From NCBI GenBank assembly GCA_964016885.1, contig OZ024754.1:19158001-19222000 (forward strand): 64,000 bases of DNA, written 5' to 3'. Below, piece after piece: positions 14,446-28,435 of this stretch (positions are counted from its first letter, which is position 1; each line of letters opens with the position of its first letter). Both the position numbers and the translations under genes were made by a program. This stretch comes from Eledone cirrhosa (Eukaryota). Below the pieces are notes generated by a model. It ran no database searches. It was not told where the DNA came from and saw nothing but the letters and a program-made list of their open reading frames with translations.

Positions 14446-15596
14446 AAATAGATAAAGAAGCCTTCAATACATCAAAAGTCTTTATTAGCCTACAATGTTT
14501 CGTCCCATTAATAAGGACTCATCAGGGCAATTAAACAGATAAGAAGCATTAACGGCCAGAACAATCCAAAACTCAGAAGAATAGGGAATTCATATCCATG
14601 AAAGCTTATGAGAGATATGAAGGAAAAGCATGCTAAAGCTAAAAGTTTGCAGTTACAAAAATAGATTATAGGGCAAGAAAGAGAGTAAAATGTCAAACCA
14701 ACGTTGAAATTACAGTATAATACAAATACATTAAATACAACATGGTAATATAATATGAGAATTACAATACAATATAATGGGTAATAAGAACTATAAAGCT
14801 TAATATATGTATATATATATATATCCATATATATACACATTTACACAAACACATACTAACACTTAATAAGTATAAATATACTCTTTATAATATAAAAATC
14901 ACCCTGACGGTGCGCATAAACTATACAAAAAATAAACTATACAAAAAATAAGCTATACAAGAAATAATATAATAATATACTGACATCAAAAATATACAAA
15001 ACTACATCATACATATCACTTAATGTCAACAAGTTGTATATAAAGTTATACACAGGGCAAGAAAAAATATCATAATAAAACTGGAGTATGTTGAAAAATA
15101 TATATATATATATACATAAATACATAAGTACATAAAGTATTGATAATAAGTATAAAGGGGTATATGCAGTTTACATTCATAAAATATTACAAAATATTAT
15201 AAAATATAACAAAACAGTACCTTAAAAATCAGACATAAAATAATACGTATAATTCCATTACATAGAAATAATATGATATATAAATATTAATATTATAATG
15301 ATAAATAATATAATAATATAAAAATATAAAAGCAGACTGGCAGAGTCAATTGAAAATGTTTAAGAGATATTTACGCGATTAATATATTAATATAGGGAGG
15401 CAAGTTATGATGCAAAGCATATTATAGGAAGATAAAACAGCAAGTGGTAGCGAAGAAGTAATGATGATGATGATAGGAAGACAGACATCAAGTGGTAGTA
15501 AAAAAATAAATAAAATAAAATAAAACGAAGAACAAAAACAAAAAACAAAAACAAGCACAGTACGTAGGTATAACGATTCATTATGTAAATATAGAA

Positions 15597-15783
15597 GGGC
15601 GGTGGATTGGCAGTATCAGTAGAGGGTCGGATGCCATGCTCTCCAGCATAGTTACGTCCCTTTACGATCTGAGTTCAAATCCCACCGAGGTTGACTTTGC
15701 CTTTCATCCTTACGGGGTCGATAAAATAAAGTACCAGTAATACACTGGGTAATTGCTGGCCTTGTGCCTAAAGTAGAAACAAT
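15597..15783 (+). mobile_element. SINE family 1 with ~19-bp TSD (left arm only)
   Basis: attatgtaaatatagaagg on both sides; empty site at ~19495-19512. Confidence 0.9.
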
Positions 15784-16892
15784 TATGTAAATATAGAAGG
15801 TATTATTATTCTAAACTAAAGAGTTGAATAGAAAACCTTATTAAATTAATTAATATTAAAATTGCCTAAAAGATATTAGTAATTCTAAATGGAATAAAGT
15901 TTAAGTCATCAAAGTCGTATAAAATTAGGATATTTCAATAAAAACTATAATATAATATACATTACGATCCGATCAGATGAATTACGTTATCAAAGAAAAA
16001 ACTCTAAATAAAACTATGGTAGACCAATGGGAACAGAAAGAAGTGAAACTATGGAGGATAGGAAGGATCATAAAAGTAAAAATTAATATATAATATAATA
16101 TAATAAACAGGAGTATAAAAGTAGAATTAATATATAATATAATAAAAAGGGGCGAATATGAAGTGTGGAAAGGAGGAGGTTCATTAGTTTTAGATGTAGG
16201 AGACTCGAAATTAAACTATTCAATAAGATACAAACTTACAAGGCGATAATATTGAGTAAAAATGGAATAATGTTTAAGATGATAGATATGGTAAGGTAGC
16301 TAATACAACTATGAAAACTAAAATTCGAAAATCGAAACAACCGTAGAAAATTAATAATAATGTTAATAAAAATGAACTAAAACCAAAGAGATAGGTAAAT
16401 ATAGCAGTTAATGGATACGGTTTAAACTACCGGAACTTTTAGGTCTATAATAGAAGAAAGAATTAGAAATGGCATGCGGACAGGAAGAAAATATCTCAGA
16501 TTTTCTATTAAGCAATATGCTCCTAGAGAAAATTATAGAATGGGTCTCTAGGATACAAAGATTACAGAATTTAGTGTGTGTTGATAGGTGATTAGAGTGT
16601 GCTACTATTCGCCAATTTAGGCTATATGGTATACCAGCCCCTTTTAAATCCCAGATATGGTGTGCCAAAGAAGTAGAGTTCTTAAACTTGATATGCTTAA
16701 AATTAGAAATATGTGAATTAAACCTAGTTTTAAAAGTATTAGATGTGGAGCCTATATATGTGCTACAAGAGGAATTAGTCTTAACTTCACAAGCATAAAC
16801 AATGTTCCTAGAGAGGCAGTGACCATTTAAAGGGCAGTTATTACTTACTCTACAGTTACACTTCCGGGTACTAGTGACTAGCTGATTACGCG

Positions 16893-18683
16893 ATGCATTA
16901 TTCCTACGCCTATTACACGTCGATTTCACCTATCCTCCTTAATAAGACCTTAATTATGGCCATGAGAATGTCTAGTCTTACGCGACCCCAGATAGATGTT
17001 ATACTAGCCGCCCGTAGGACTATCATCAAATTCGAAGATACTCTTTGGACGCGTAAAAACACACCCAACAACTTTGACGTTACAATGGGTTCGAGTGATT
17101 CGGCCCAGGTAACTGACCTTGTTGGGCTGTTCCTCTTGAACGAACTGTATGTTAGCTTTCCGCACCTCAAAGGGGGATTTTATAGTGATGATGCATTATT
17201 TGTGATAAACTCTAGCACTAATAACATTGAGTATAATAAGAAGAAACTATATAAATTTTTTTTAAATTTTAACCTTTCGATCACGATTGATAAGAATAAT
17301 AGAGCAGTCAACTTTTTAGATGTGACATTAGACTTGGTCACTAATAGTTATAAACACTTCCACAAGCCTAATGAGACACTCTCTTACGTTAATCCCAATT
17401 CCAACCACCCTAAATCTATGATTAGTTCTATAATTAATGGTGTATCTAATAGAATCTCCACACTCTCTAAGGATATAGGAATCTTTAATTCACATGCAGA
17501 GTATTATAATAACGCCCTAGCTAACTCAGGTTACTCTGGTAAAATACATTATAAGGAGGACAACCTTGAAATGACTCCGATTACCCATAATAACGTAATA
17601 TCCCATAATATGGCCTTGAATGGGAGTAGAAAACATATAAATCATAAAAATATTATAGATATATCCAAACCGAACCCTAAGTTTAGCTACCGAAATAGTA
17701 GTCGGATTAGTGAGTCTAATGGTACGCATATCGAGATCAGTTCTAGGGAGCAGGATAGGCGCTCTGAACGTTCACTCAGTGGTAATGTTTTAACTGCTTC
17801 TAATAGTGTTAATTCAACTGATCCTCATATTAACCCTGATCCTATTAATAGGATACCAGATTACAGTAGAGATAGTAAAGGTAGGGATAGGAGGAGAATC
17901 AATACTTACTTTAACCCGCCTTTTGATCATGAAGTATTAACTAATATCCCTAGGTCTTTCTTTTCTATCTTAGAGAAAAATTTCCTTCCTACTAATAAAT
18001 ATCATGGTATATTTAATAAAAACGTAATTAAACTCCCCTTCTCTACCACCCCTAACATTAATTCTCATCTAGCTAGCACTAACAATAGGAAAATTAGGGA
18101 TAGCTACTCCTCTTTGCGTACTGCTAATCTAGATAGCTCTATTGATAACTTACCGCCCGAGCAGATCTTATCTTATAATAACCCTAGGAATAATGCATCG
18201 CGTAATCAGCTAGTCACTAGTACCCGGAAGTGTAACTGTAGAGTAAGTAATAACTGCCCTTTAAATGGTCACTGCCTCTCTAGGAACATTGTTTATGCTT
18301 GTGAAGTTAAGACTAATTCTTCTTGTAGCACATATATAGGCTCCACATCTAATACTTTTAAAACTAGGTTTAATTCACATATTTCTAATTTTAAGCATAT
18401 CAAGTTTAAGAACTCTACTTCTTTGGCACACCATATCTGGGATTTAAAAGGGGCTGGTATACCATATAGCCTAAATTGGCGAATAGTAGCACACTCTAAT
18501 CACCTATCAACACACACTAAATTCTGTAATCTTTGTATCCTAGAGACCCATTCTATAATTTTCTCTAGGAGCATATTGCTTAATAGAAAATCTGAGATAT
18601 TTTCTTCCTGTCCGCATGCCATTTCTAATTCTTTCTTCTATTATAGACCTAAAAGTTCCGGTAGTTTAAACCGTATCCATTAG
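16893..18683 (+). pseudogene. 5'-truncated PLE reverse transcriptase + GIY-YIG endonuclease ORF
   Basis: FDVTMGS, GFYSDD, FLDVTLDL, SNHP, YFNPPF, CNCR..CPLNGHCL, VY..YIGST, CNLC. Lacks N-terminal RT motifs; first codons come from the inverted arm. Confidence 0.9.
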
Positions 18684-18747
18684 CTGCTATATTTACCTAT
18701 CTCTTTGGTTTTAGTTCATTTTTATTACCATTATTATTAATTTTCTA

Positions 18748-18933
18748 GGGCGGTGAATTGGCAGTATCAGTAGAGGGTCAGACGCCATGCTTTCCAGCAT
18801 AGTTACGTCCCTTTAGAGTCTGAGTTCAAATCCCGTTGAGGTTAACTTTACCTTTCATCCTTACCAGGTCGATAAAATAAAGTACCAGTAATGAACTGGG
18901 TAATTGCTGGCCTTGTGCCAAAAGTAGAAACAA
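18748..18933 (+). mobile_element. SINE family 1 with ~18-bp TSD (right arm only)
   Basis: attattattaattttcta on both sides; empty site at ~16345-16361. Confidence 0.9.
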
Positions 18934-20562
18934 TTATTATTAATTTTCTACGGTTGTTTCGATTTTCGAATTTTAGTTTTCATAGTTGTATTAGCTACCT
19001 TACCATATCTATCATCTTAAACATTATTACATTTTTACTCAATATTATCGCCTTGTAAGTTTGTATCTTATTGAATAGTTTAATTTCGAGTCTCCTACAT
19101 CTAAAACTAATGAACCTCCTCCTTTCCACACTTCATATTCGCCCCTTTTTATTATATTATATATTAATTCTACTTTTATACTCCTTTTTATTATATTATA
19201 TTATATTTTAATTTTTACTTTTATGATCCTTCCTATCCTCCATAGTTTCACTTCTTTCTGTTCCCATTGGTCTACCATAGTTTTATTTAGAGTTTTTTCT
19301 TTGATAACGTAATTCATCTGATCGGATCGTAATATATATTATATTATAGTTTTTATTGAAATATCCTAATTTTATACGACTTTGATGACTTAAACTTTAT
19401 TCCATTTAGAATTACTAATATCTTTTAGGCAATTTTAATATTAATTAATTTAATAAGGTTTTCTATTCAACCCTTTAGTTTAGAATAATAATACCTTCTA
19501 TATTTACATAATGAATCGTTATACCTACGTACTGTGCTTGTTTTTGTTTTTTGTTTTTGTTCTTCGTTTTATTTTATTTTATTTATTTTTTTACTACCAC
19601 TTGATGTCTGTCGTCCTATCATCATCATCATTACTTCTTCGCTACCACTTGCTGTTTTGTCTTCCTATAATATGCTTTGCATCATAACATGCCTCCCTAT
19701 ATTAATATATTAATCGCGTAAATATCTCTTAAATATTTTCAATTGACTCTGCCAGTCTGCTTTTATATTTTTATATTATTATATTATTTATCATTATAAT
19801 ATTAATATTTATATATCATATTATTTCTATGTAATGGAATTATACGTATTATTTTATGTCTGATTTTTAAGGTACTGTTTTGTTATATTTTATAATATTT
19901 TGTAATATTTTATGAATGTAAACTGCATATACCCCTATATACTTATTATCAATACTTTATGTACTTATGTATTTATGTATATATATATATATATTTTTCA
20001 ACATACTCCAGTTTTATTATGATATTTTTTCTTGCCCTGTGTATAACTTTATATACAACTTGTTGACATTAAGTGATATGTATGATGTAGTTTTGTATAT
20101 TTTTGATGTCAGTATATTATTATATTATTTCTTGTATAGCTTATTTTTTGTATAGTTTATTTTTTGTATAGTTTATGCGCACCGTCAGGGTGTTTTTATT
20201 TTATATTATAAAGAGTATATTTATACTTATTAAGTGTTAGTATGTGTTTGTGTAAATGTGTATATATATATGGATATATATATATATACATATATTAAGC
20301 TTTATAGTTCTTATTACCCATTATATTGTATTGTAATTCTCATATTATATTACCATGTTGTATTTAATGTATTTGTATTATACTGTAATTTCAACGTTGG
20401 TTTGACATTTTACTCACTTTCTTGCCCTATAATCTATTTTTGTAACTGCAAACCTTTAGCTTTAGCATGCTTTTCCTTCATATCTCTCATAAGCTTTCAT
20501 GGATATGAATTCCCTATTCTTCTGAGTTTTGGCTTGTTCTGGCCGTTAATGCTTCTTATCTG

Positions 20563-20618
20563 TTTAATTGCCCTGATGAGTCCTTATTAATGGGACGAAA
20601 CATTGTAGGCTAATAAAG
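20563..20618 (+). ncRNA. Type I hammerhead at PLE 3' end (mirror copy 14481-14535, minus strand)
   Basis: gcc-CTGATGA-gtccttattaatgggac-GAAA-catt-GTA^-ggc. Confidence 0.82.
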
Positions 20619-20652
20619 ACTTTTGATGTATTGGAGGCTTCTTTGTCTATTT

Positions 20653-20731
<79 letters not shown>

Positions 20732-20862
20732 AAGGAATTGTGTTAAGGAACCAGATGGACGATAACGCACCAGAGTACTCAATACTTAGGGTAGTAGAGT
20801 GGGAAATAGGAAAAAGTATGACCTTGACAGCAGAGCTCAAGCCGTTTCGGCGGCTATTTCAG

Positions 20863-20916
<54 letters not shown>

Positions 20917-21294
20917 TTGATATACCTTAAACTTTACAACTTCCATTTAAAAAGTTGTTTTGGTAGTGAAAATGTTAAGGACAGTTAGAAAGAAAGACGA
21001 AGAGAAAAAGAAAGAAAGAAAGTATATAGTGCTAAGGACAGTTAGAGAGGAAGACGAAGAAAATGAAGAAATGTATGTAAAGAAAAAACAACAGGGCGAG
21101 ATAGAGAGAGAGATATGGGAGAGAGAAAAATGATAGGCAGCTGGGGCACAGATGAATAACGTACAAATGAGAGATTTAGGAGGGAAGGGGGTACTGTAAT
21201 TATTTATTAATAAAACTGTTTTAATAAAATTTTTAATAACATTTTTAATAAAACTGTTTTAATAAAATTTATTTATAAAACTGTTTATATATTG

Positions 21295-21360
21295 TATTTT
21301 GTCTGAAGAGGGCATACCATATTTTTAATATGATATCCCTGAAATATATATAATGAAATA
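21295..21360 (+). ncRNA. Type I hammerhead ribozyme
   Basis: tattttgt-CTGAAGA-ggg..ccct-GAAA-tatata-TA^-atgaaata. Confidence 0.72.
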
Positions 21361-21488
21361 AATATGGTTTTATAAATGTAGTTTCCATTTGTTTAATATC
21401 GTAAATAAACTCCAAAACTTGTTGAGTGCTTTTATATCAGTTATAAAATATTTACTCGTTGTAACCCAACAATTTTAAATAAAACTTT

Positions 21489-21548
<60 letters not shown>

Positions 21549-21777
21549 TAAACGGAATAGAAAATGCTGACAAATTGTTCACAGTGAAAAATAGTTTCAC
21601 ATTTTACTCACTTTCCTGCCCTAAAATCTATTTTGACATTTTACTCTATTGAAGGCTTCTTTGTCTATTTTTATAATTTTTCGGCTCTGTTGTATTACAT
21701 TGAGCTATATCCTATACTGTCATTTCTATAATACGACGAGTGTGTTTTACTCCAACGCACTCTAGTATTTTAATTCT

Positions 21778-21808
<31 letters not shown>

Positions 21809-21852
21809 AATCAAAAAGAACAGAAAGATGCAGTAAAAGAGATTTATTCGGT

Positions 21853-21967
21853 TCTAACGTACGTTTCAATAGACATCAATTTGCCTAGATTTCGCTGCAT
21901 CTATAATATTATATAGTTAGTAGAGCATTCGACATCCAATGCACAATCGATTCCATATCATCAGAGA
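21853..21967 (-). ncRNA. Type I hammerhead with ~90-nt stem II
   Basis: tct-CTGATGA-tatggaatcgatt..aattgatgtctatt-GAAA-cgtacg-TT^-aga; palindromic stem III. Confidence 0.7.
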
Positions 21968-22114
21968 TTATGTTTACCGTACCAGAATGTTCAGGTTTTT
22001 ATAGGAATTCATGTGAAGTTGAAGTAGAGAAGAAGGAGGATGTGACAAAGACGAGAGAGATAGGGGGGTTTTTCATGGTTGTTGAGGTAAAACAGAGGGG
22101 AGGATAAAATACGA

Positions 22115-22498
22115 TAATTGTTTCTACTTTAGGCACAAGGCCAGCAATTACCCAGTGCATTACTGGTACTTTATTTTATCGACCCCGTAAGGATGAAAGG
22201 CAAAGTCAACCTCGGCGGGATTTGAACTCAGATCGTAAAGGGACGTAACTATGCTGGAAAGCATGGCGTCCGACCCTCTACCGATACTGCCAATCCACCG
22301 CCTTTTTAATAATTGTTTCTACTTTAGGCACAAGGCCAGCAAATACCCAGTACATTACTGGTACTTTATTTTATCGACCCCGTAAGGATGAAAGGCAAAG
22401 TCAACCTCGGCGGGATTTGAACTCAGATCGTAAAGGGACGTAACTATGCTGGAAAGCATGACGTCCGACCTTCTACCGATACTGCCAATCCACCGCCC
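22115..22498 (-). mobile_element. Two tandem SINE family 1 copies
   Basis: 22115-22303 and 22310-22498; ataaaatacgataat flanks the pair. Confidence 0.88.
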
Positions 22499-24042
22499 TT
22501 TATAAAATACGATAATGAAGTCTAGATATGGACTAGTCCAACTGTGTGTGTGCTAGGGAGATGGTAGACGTTGATAGGTTTATGATCTATGATAGATGGA
22601 GGCAGGGGAGATTAGGCCGAGTGTCTTGTAAAGTATGTAGGAGGAGATGTTGAATAGGGGAGATGTGGTCAATAGAAGGCATAGCAATAATCCATGGGGA
22701 CAGATAGAGGAGGTAGAAGGAAGATAGAGGAAAGCAGAAGTCGCAGGATCAACTCAAGCCAGGTTTGTATTTAGAGAAGGTAGCCTTGAGTCTGTGATTG
22801 CAATATAGAGTCCTTTCCGTTCTGTTGTTGAGAAGAGTATAATTCGATTTTAGTATGTAAAATAGCTCCATATTGCATAATCGGCAGTAAGGCTGGCCTG
22901 CACGATATGCGGAAGCACTAGAGAGTTTTGTCCATTTCAAAGTGTATTGCAGGTTACTTTCGCGCAACTGCCAAATTGTATTGGCTAAGGTAGTTACGGA
23001 ACGGTATTTGATGTTCTTCATCGAACTACGGTGTTGGTACCAACGAGATTTAAAAGTGGTAGAGGTACAGCCGATATAGTGCCATCTCCGGTTATCCGAT
23101 TCAACGGTGCATTGATACACCATATTGGATTCCATGCATTTGTTATTCAGAGGGCAACGATCAGGTAGGTTGCAGTTGCACTTATCAGCTCTTGTAGTAT
23201 TATTATCTTGTACAGGTTGCGTTAGGTTTATATGTGTGTCTGCTGCAGGAGGGTTTACATTCAGTGGTTGAGAGTTTGAGGAAGTGTTAATGTAGTTTGG
23301 GGTGTTTCGTGTGGATGTGCTGACTAATCGTTGGAGTTAAGTTTTTTAATAATTAGATCGAGATTGGGTGCTGTAGAATATGAAAGCTTAATGGACCTTA
23401 GATTTAGTATTTTAGCGTATCGATGTGTAGGAGGAAAATGTGTTTTGATTAAATTGAAGAAAAGTGAAGAAATTTTAGGAGATGTTGAGGCATTGTATAT
23501 TGGGTTGTACCAAAGGTAGCTACGATTCCGCTTTCTAGTTAGGTTGGGTTGTGTGCTTCTATTTCGACTATGCCTGTGCGGAAAGTGTATGTTGTGTATC
23601 GTACCTATATTATTGTTTATGCTAGTGCGTTGTGAGCCCTTATTTCTATATTGGTGTGCTGGATCTATGTACTCTATTTTGTCTTGGTATCCAGCCGCCT
23701 TAAGCGCGTTGTTATAGTAGTAAGCGTGCTCACTAAAGACCTGGGGGGTAGATGACAGGCGAGATATTCTAAGGGAGATGGCCCGAGGGATAGACCGTAT
23801 AACCGAGGGTGGATGATTAGATTTATGGTCAACATACATAATATTTTCATTAGATTTATGGAATGGGCGGATTTCTCCCGTCTCTAGATTAAATGTTACA
23901 TCCAAGAAATTTGTTTCAGTCAGGTTGTACTCAAAAGTAATGCTAAAACCAAGACTGTTTAAAAATTCGTTAACTTGCTTAAGTAATCTTTCTATTTTCT
24001 GGTTGTTATATCTGGTGTATATATATATATATATACACACAT

Positions 24043-24074
<32 letters not shown>

Positions 24075-24075
<1 letters not shown>

Positions 24076-24358
24076 CACACACGCAAACGCATGCACAGAG
24101 AAGAAGACAAAAATAAATAAATAATTAAATAAACAGATAAAATAAAGATGGCGTAGATATACAATACAACAGGAGGAACATAATAGCGCCACTGACGATG
24201 TTGCAGATATGCAACGAAAGAACTTTGTTAGATTATATATGTGTGTTTATATCTGTATTTTTGACCGTTGGTCAATCAATGGTAAACACTGAGTGTGTTC
24301 TGTTATTAATTCTGGCAATATTATTACAACAATATGACCCTCCCCAAGTATAACAATA
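24075..24358 (+). mobile_element. Solo Nematis-like 3' end with hammerhead core (CTGACGA at 24192)
   Basis: Homologous to 8900-9230; ends atgaccctccccaagtataacaa-(TA)n. Confidence 0.75.
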
Positions 24359-24559
24359 TATATATATATATACACATATATATTCATTCATTCATTTCAT
24401 TTTACGTCCGCTTTTTAACTGCTTGCAAGAGTGGGACGGGAATTGATTTCTACAGCTGGATGCCCTTCCTAACACCAACCTCATTTACAGTGAGTGATGG
24501 GTGCTTTTTTGCCGTGGCACCTCCACGACCACTTTGCAGTGGAATGATATGGACCCCAT

Positions 24560-24712
24560 CCCCTATCATCTCATTTCTACAGCTGAGTAAACTGGAGCAA
24601 TGTGAAATAAAGTGTCTTGCTCAAGGTAACAACACATCACCCGGTCTGAGAATTGAACTCACAACCTTTTGATTGCAAAGCCAATGCTCTAACCACTAAG
24701 CCATGTGCCTCC
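24560..24712 (-). mobile_element. tRNA-derived SINE, family 2 (also 28497-28828 minus with internal ~119-bp duplication, and 38358-38460 plus)
   Basis: ggaggcacatggcttagtggttagagc..gagttcaattc..ccttgagcaagacactt. Confidence 0.75.
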
Positions 24713-24737
24713 ATATATATATATATATGTATGTATG

Positions 24738-25055
<318 letters not shown>

Positions 25056-25678
25056 AAACATGAGAAGAAAGAAGAATACTGCGTGGTTGCACATGGGTTA
25101 CATATGATAAAAATAGTCCTTCGTCAGTGATTTTCCAACCATCATTGGTATTTCATCGCATTAAAAATCAGATACCTCAGGTTGGTGCGAGCAATAACTA
25201 AAAAAAAGTTATTGGGACCAGTAATTGGCGTAAAGCGAGGGGGACAAGTAAACAACATAGAAGGATAAAAGCAAACCGAAGATAGGAAAATAAACAAGCA
25301 ACATGGTTGTCCGGTCAGCATAAGCTGGGTGGATTTCATGAGCGAGAGAGGTACAGACCGTCCGATGTGTGTGAAATGTAAGCAACGGGAGGAAGTGAGA
25401 AGGGGAGAAACAGAGAGTGAGTGATTGGAAGTGTGAGGAAAAGGTCAGTCGAGAGAAAGTGTAACTGACAGAGGGGGCGAAAGAAGGTGAGAGAAACAGA
25501 GAGAGCGGGGAAGCAGTAAGAGAGAAACAGACAAACGCAGCCGAGGTAAATATATATAAAAAACATGAGAAGAAAGAAGAATACTGCGTATACATATACA
25601 TATATATATATATATATTAGAAAGTGAGGTTTTTTTTACAAAATGAAAAATAACCGAGGTGTCCTACACGAGTGAAAG

Positions 25679-25963
25679 TATAAAGAAAAAGAGATGAAAT
25701 CGAAAATGCAACTGAAGTCTTATTTTAAAAAAAAATATATATATTTATTTGGTTCCTTTACCGGTTTCGCAGTTCTTCTGCTTTTCAAAAGGCGAGTTGA
25801 GATGGAGGGTCTGTGGTTTTTCTCACATCTGGTTGGTCTCTGAATGTTACCCTTTGAAAAGCAGAAGAACTGCGAAACCGGTAAAGGAACCAAATAAATA
25901 TATATATTTTAAAAAAAAATAAGACTTCAGTTGCATTTTCGATTTCATCTCTTTTTCTTTATA
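25679..25963. mobile_element. Fold-back element (arms 25679-25792 / 25850-25963) carrying U3-A8 hammerheads
   Basis: Minus strand 25755-25792: cctt-TTGAAAA-gcag-aagaa-ctgc-GAAA-ccgg-TA^-aagg; mirror at 25850-25887. Confidence 0.8.
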
Positions 25964-26100
25964 TATATATAGATGTGCCTCCATATATATATATATATAT
26001 ATATGGAAGCACATGGCTTATATATATTAGAAAAAAGGAAGTTCTGTGCCAGCAGCAGGAGTGTAGGAGAAATTCTATTATTGGAATATGGTTTTAGGGG

Positions 26101-26132
<32 letters not shown>

Positions 26133-26583
26133 GTATAGTGTGTGAGGGTGTATATATAACAATGTACACATGTGTGTGTGTGTTTTTCAGTCTGTCTGTC
26201 ACAGTCCCTTTAGCAATAGATACATGTGTGTGTGGGTGGGTGGGGGTGGGGTTCTAGTGTGTGTTTGTGTGTGTTTTTTTCGGCCTGTTTTTTTCAGATC
26301 CCTTTGTGGTGGGAAATTAAGAAACATTTTTCTTCAAAATTCAGAAAATTGTCAAAAACTAAAAACTAAAATCCAAACAATTCTCAGAATCTAAACGTTT
26401 GAAAATTAAAAATAATTCTTTAAAAAAAGCCAGAGTAGAGTATCAGTAGTACGGGCAGTAACTTCTGTAATGAGTAATTTTGTCTCTCTTATTTTGTGGT
26501 GTGTGTGTATATATATAACAATGCACATATGTGTGTGGGAGGAAGGGGGTTGTGGTGTGTGTGGGGGGAGGGGAGGGGGTTGT

Positions 26584-26652
<69 letters not shown>

Positions 26653-26799
26653 CTTTCAGCCTGTTTGTCACAGATCCCTTTGTGGTGGGAAATTAAAAAA
26701 TCTTTTTCCAAATATTCAGAAAATTGTCAAAAACTGATAATTATTTTGTGGTGTGTGTGGGGCGGGTCTAATGAGGGGGGGGGGGGGGGGTTACATATT

Positions 26800-27259
26800 T
26801 AGTTTTGGTTTAAATTTGTTAATAAATAGTTTTTCCATATTTATTCTTTGTTGTTGAGTGAAATAATCAGGAAGATTTTAAAGTTGGTTAGAGTCATTCC
26901 TGCACAATCTGCAATGTGGCTACTTAAGGGGATTTTCCTTGTGTTTACGTCCCGGATTTGTTGGCGATGGATGGTCATTCTTTTGCGTAATAACAACCCC
27001 GTCTGTCCTATATAGTTATATCGACAGTCACCGCATGTGATTACGTAGATCAAGTTCTCCGAGTTGCAAGTGAAGTTGTTTTTCACTGTGAAAGTATGGC
27101 CATCTTTAAACGTGAATTTATGTCCTTCAGTTAGGTATAGGCATGGTCCACAGTTTCTTCTTCCACAGTTTGTTACTGCAAGGTTGGAGATATGTTTGTG
27201 TACCTTTGTTCCAGTGAGAATGTGTTTTAGTGATTTTGGTTGCCTTTTGCTTTTAATGA

Positions 27260-27297
<38 letters not shown>

Positions 27298-27350
27298 GGT
27301 ATCCACTGTAAGTTGTGGGGTCTATTCTGTATGAAGAACTCAATGTAATC
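26800..27350 (-). mobile_element. Neptune-like PLE GIY-YIG fragment
   Basis: FTCNSENLIYVITCGDC..YIGQTG..RMTIHRQQI; similar to 57525-57956. Confidence 0.8.
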
Positions 27351-28069
27351 CATATATTGAAAATGTTGTAGGTTAAGATAAATCTCAGAAAACAATAAAG
27401 CATTAAAAGGAAAACAGAGTCATGATATAAGTTAAAACAATGAAATAAAAAATCATATATTTTGGTTAGATATCAATATAACTGTACCTCTCTCTATATG
27501 TGGTGTGAATATGTGCACTTTGTAGACTATGAAATTTATGTGTTTTAACTATGCCAACATGTACTTATCTGAGTTTGATTGTTTATGCATAAACATACTT
27601 AGTAATATTTTAGAGCGTATAATATGTTATATTATACTGAGTGCAATTTACCACACCGTACTATATGCTGTTGGTTAAGTTGTATATTATCGCATTATTA
27701 TATCACATTATCTTATTATAATTTTCATCTTTTAATATACTATCTTTCCTAGCCATAACATTAATTTATATTCACCTTAAAACTCAATACAACACTAATC
27801 ACCATTTATTTTGACATTCCTTTTAAATTCACTATACAAGATATATTCAACTATCAGTTTGACAATCCCCTTCCTCCTAATAGATTTTTATGCCATTTCT
27901 ACTAACACCTTTCAACCATTCCTTTCAAAGGGTCATGACCTCAACTAAAGTGTATTACTTTTCATCTTAACACCATATGAAAAAAACAATTTGATTCGTT
28001 AGTTCTTCAACTACCTCCAAATATGGACATGATACTAATTCTGAGTAAAATTATTATTGTATAGAATTA

Positions 28070-28209
28070 TTATTGCTTTTGAAAACAGCTGGTGATATGC
28101 ATGTAAGTAAATATTCTCTCTATCTGATAGGTTGTAAACTTACATAGATCAATAACTGAGTATAGATACAATGTATTATCACCACCTAGAAACGATCGTA
28201 AAGCAGTGA
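28070..28209 (+). ncRNA. Hammerhead with U3-A8 core and ~100-nt stem II
   Basis: ttattgctt-TTGAAAA-..tggtgatatgcat..atgtattatcacca..-GAAA-cgatcg-TA^-aagcagtga; 9-bp stem I, palindromic stem III. Confidence 0.7.
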
Positions 28210-28251
28210 AGTATATCTCTAATGGCTTGATTTTTTATTTCATTGTTTTAA

Positions 28252-28289
<38 letters not shown>

Positions 28290-28435
28290 TATATACCTAC
28301 GTGGTTGACGGCTGAAAGAAAAGAGTACTCAATACCGAAGTAGAGTTTTAGTATTCATTTATATTTAGGCTAAAAAGTGAGTCTTGTTAGTCTGGTTTCG
28401 CTTGTTTATTACAGGGTCACCAGACACGACACTAT

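Larger units (their letters stand above)
14267..20867 (+). mobile_element. Naiad-like PLE with 2.6-kb inverted terminal duplication (14267-16906 / 18185-20867)
   Basis: Mirror ORFs in the track (the 173-aa minus ORF equals the C-terminus of the 596-aa ORF); arms near-identical apart from independent SINE insertions. Confidence 0.92.
21805..24016 (-). mobile_element. 5'-truncated Naiad-like PLE
   Basis: ORFs 23324-24082 (FLDVTFNL, SNHPP, WYNP) and 22749-23135 (VYQC..YIGCT, CRLC); 3' end abuts (TA)n. Confidence 0.88.

Noticed and set aside
16408-16929. Standalone 173-aa GIY-YIG gene
   Set aside because: Only the inverted copy of the PLE ORF C-terminus; its start comes from the junction
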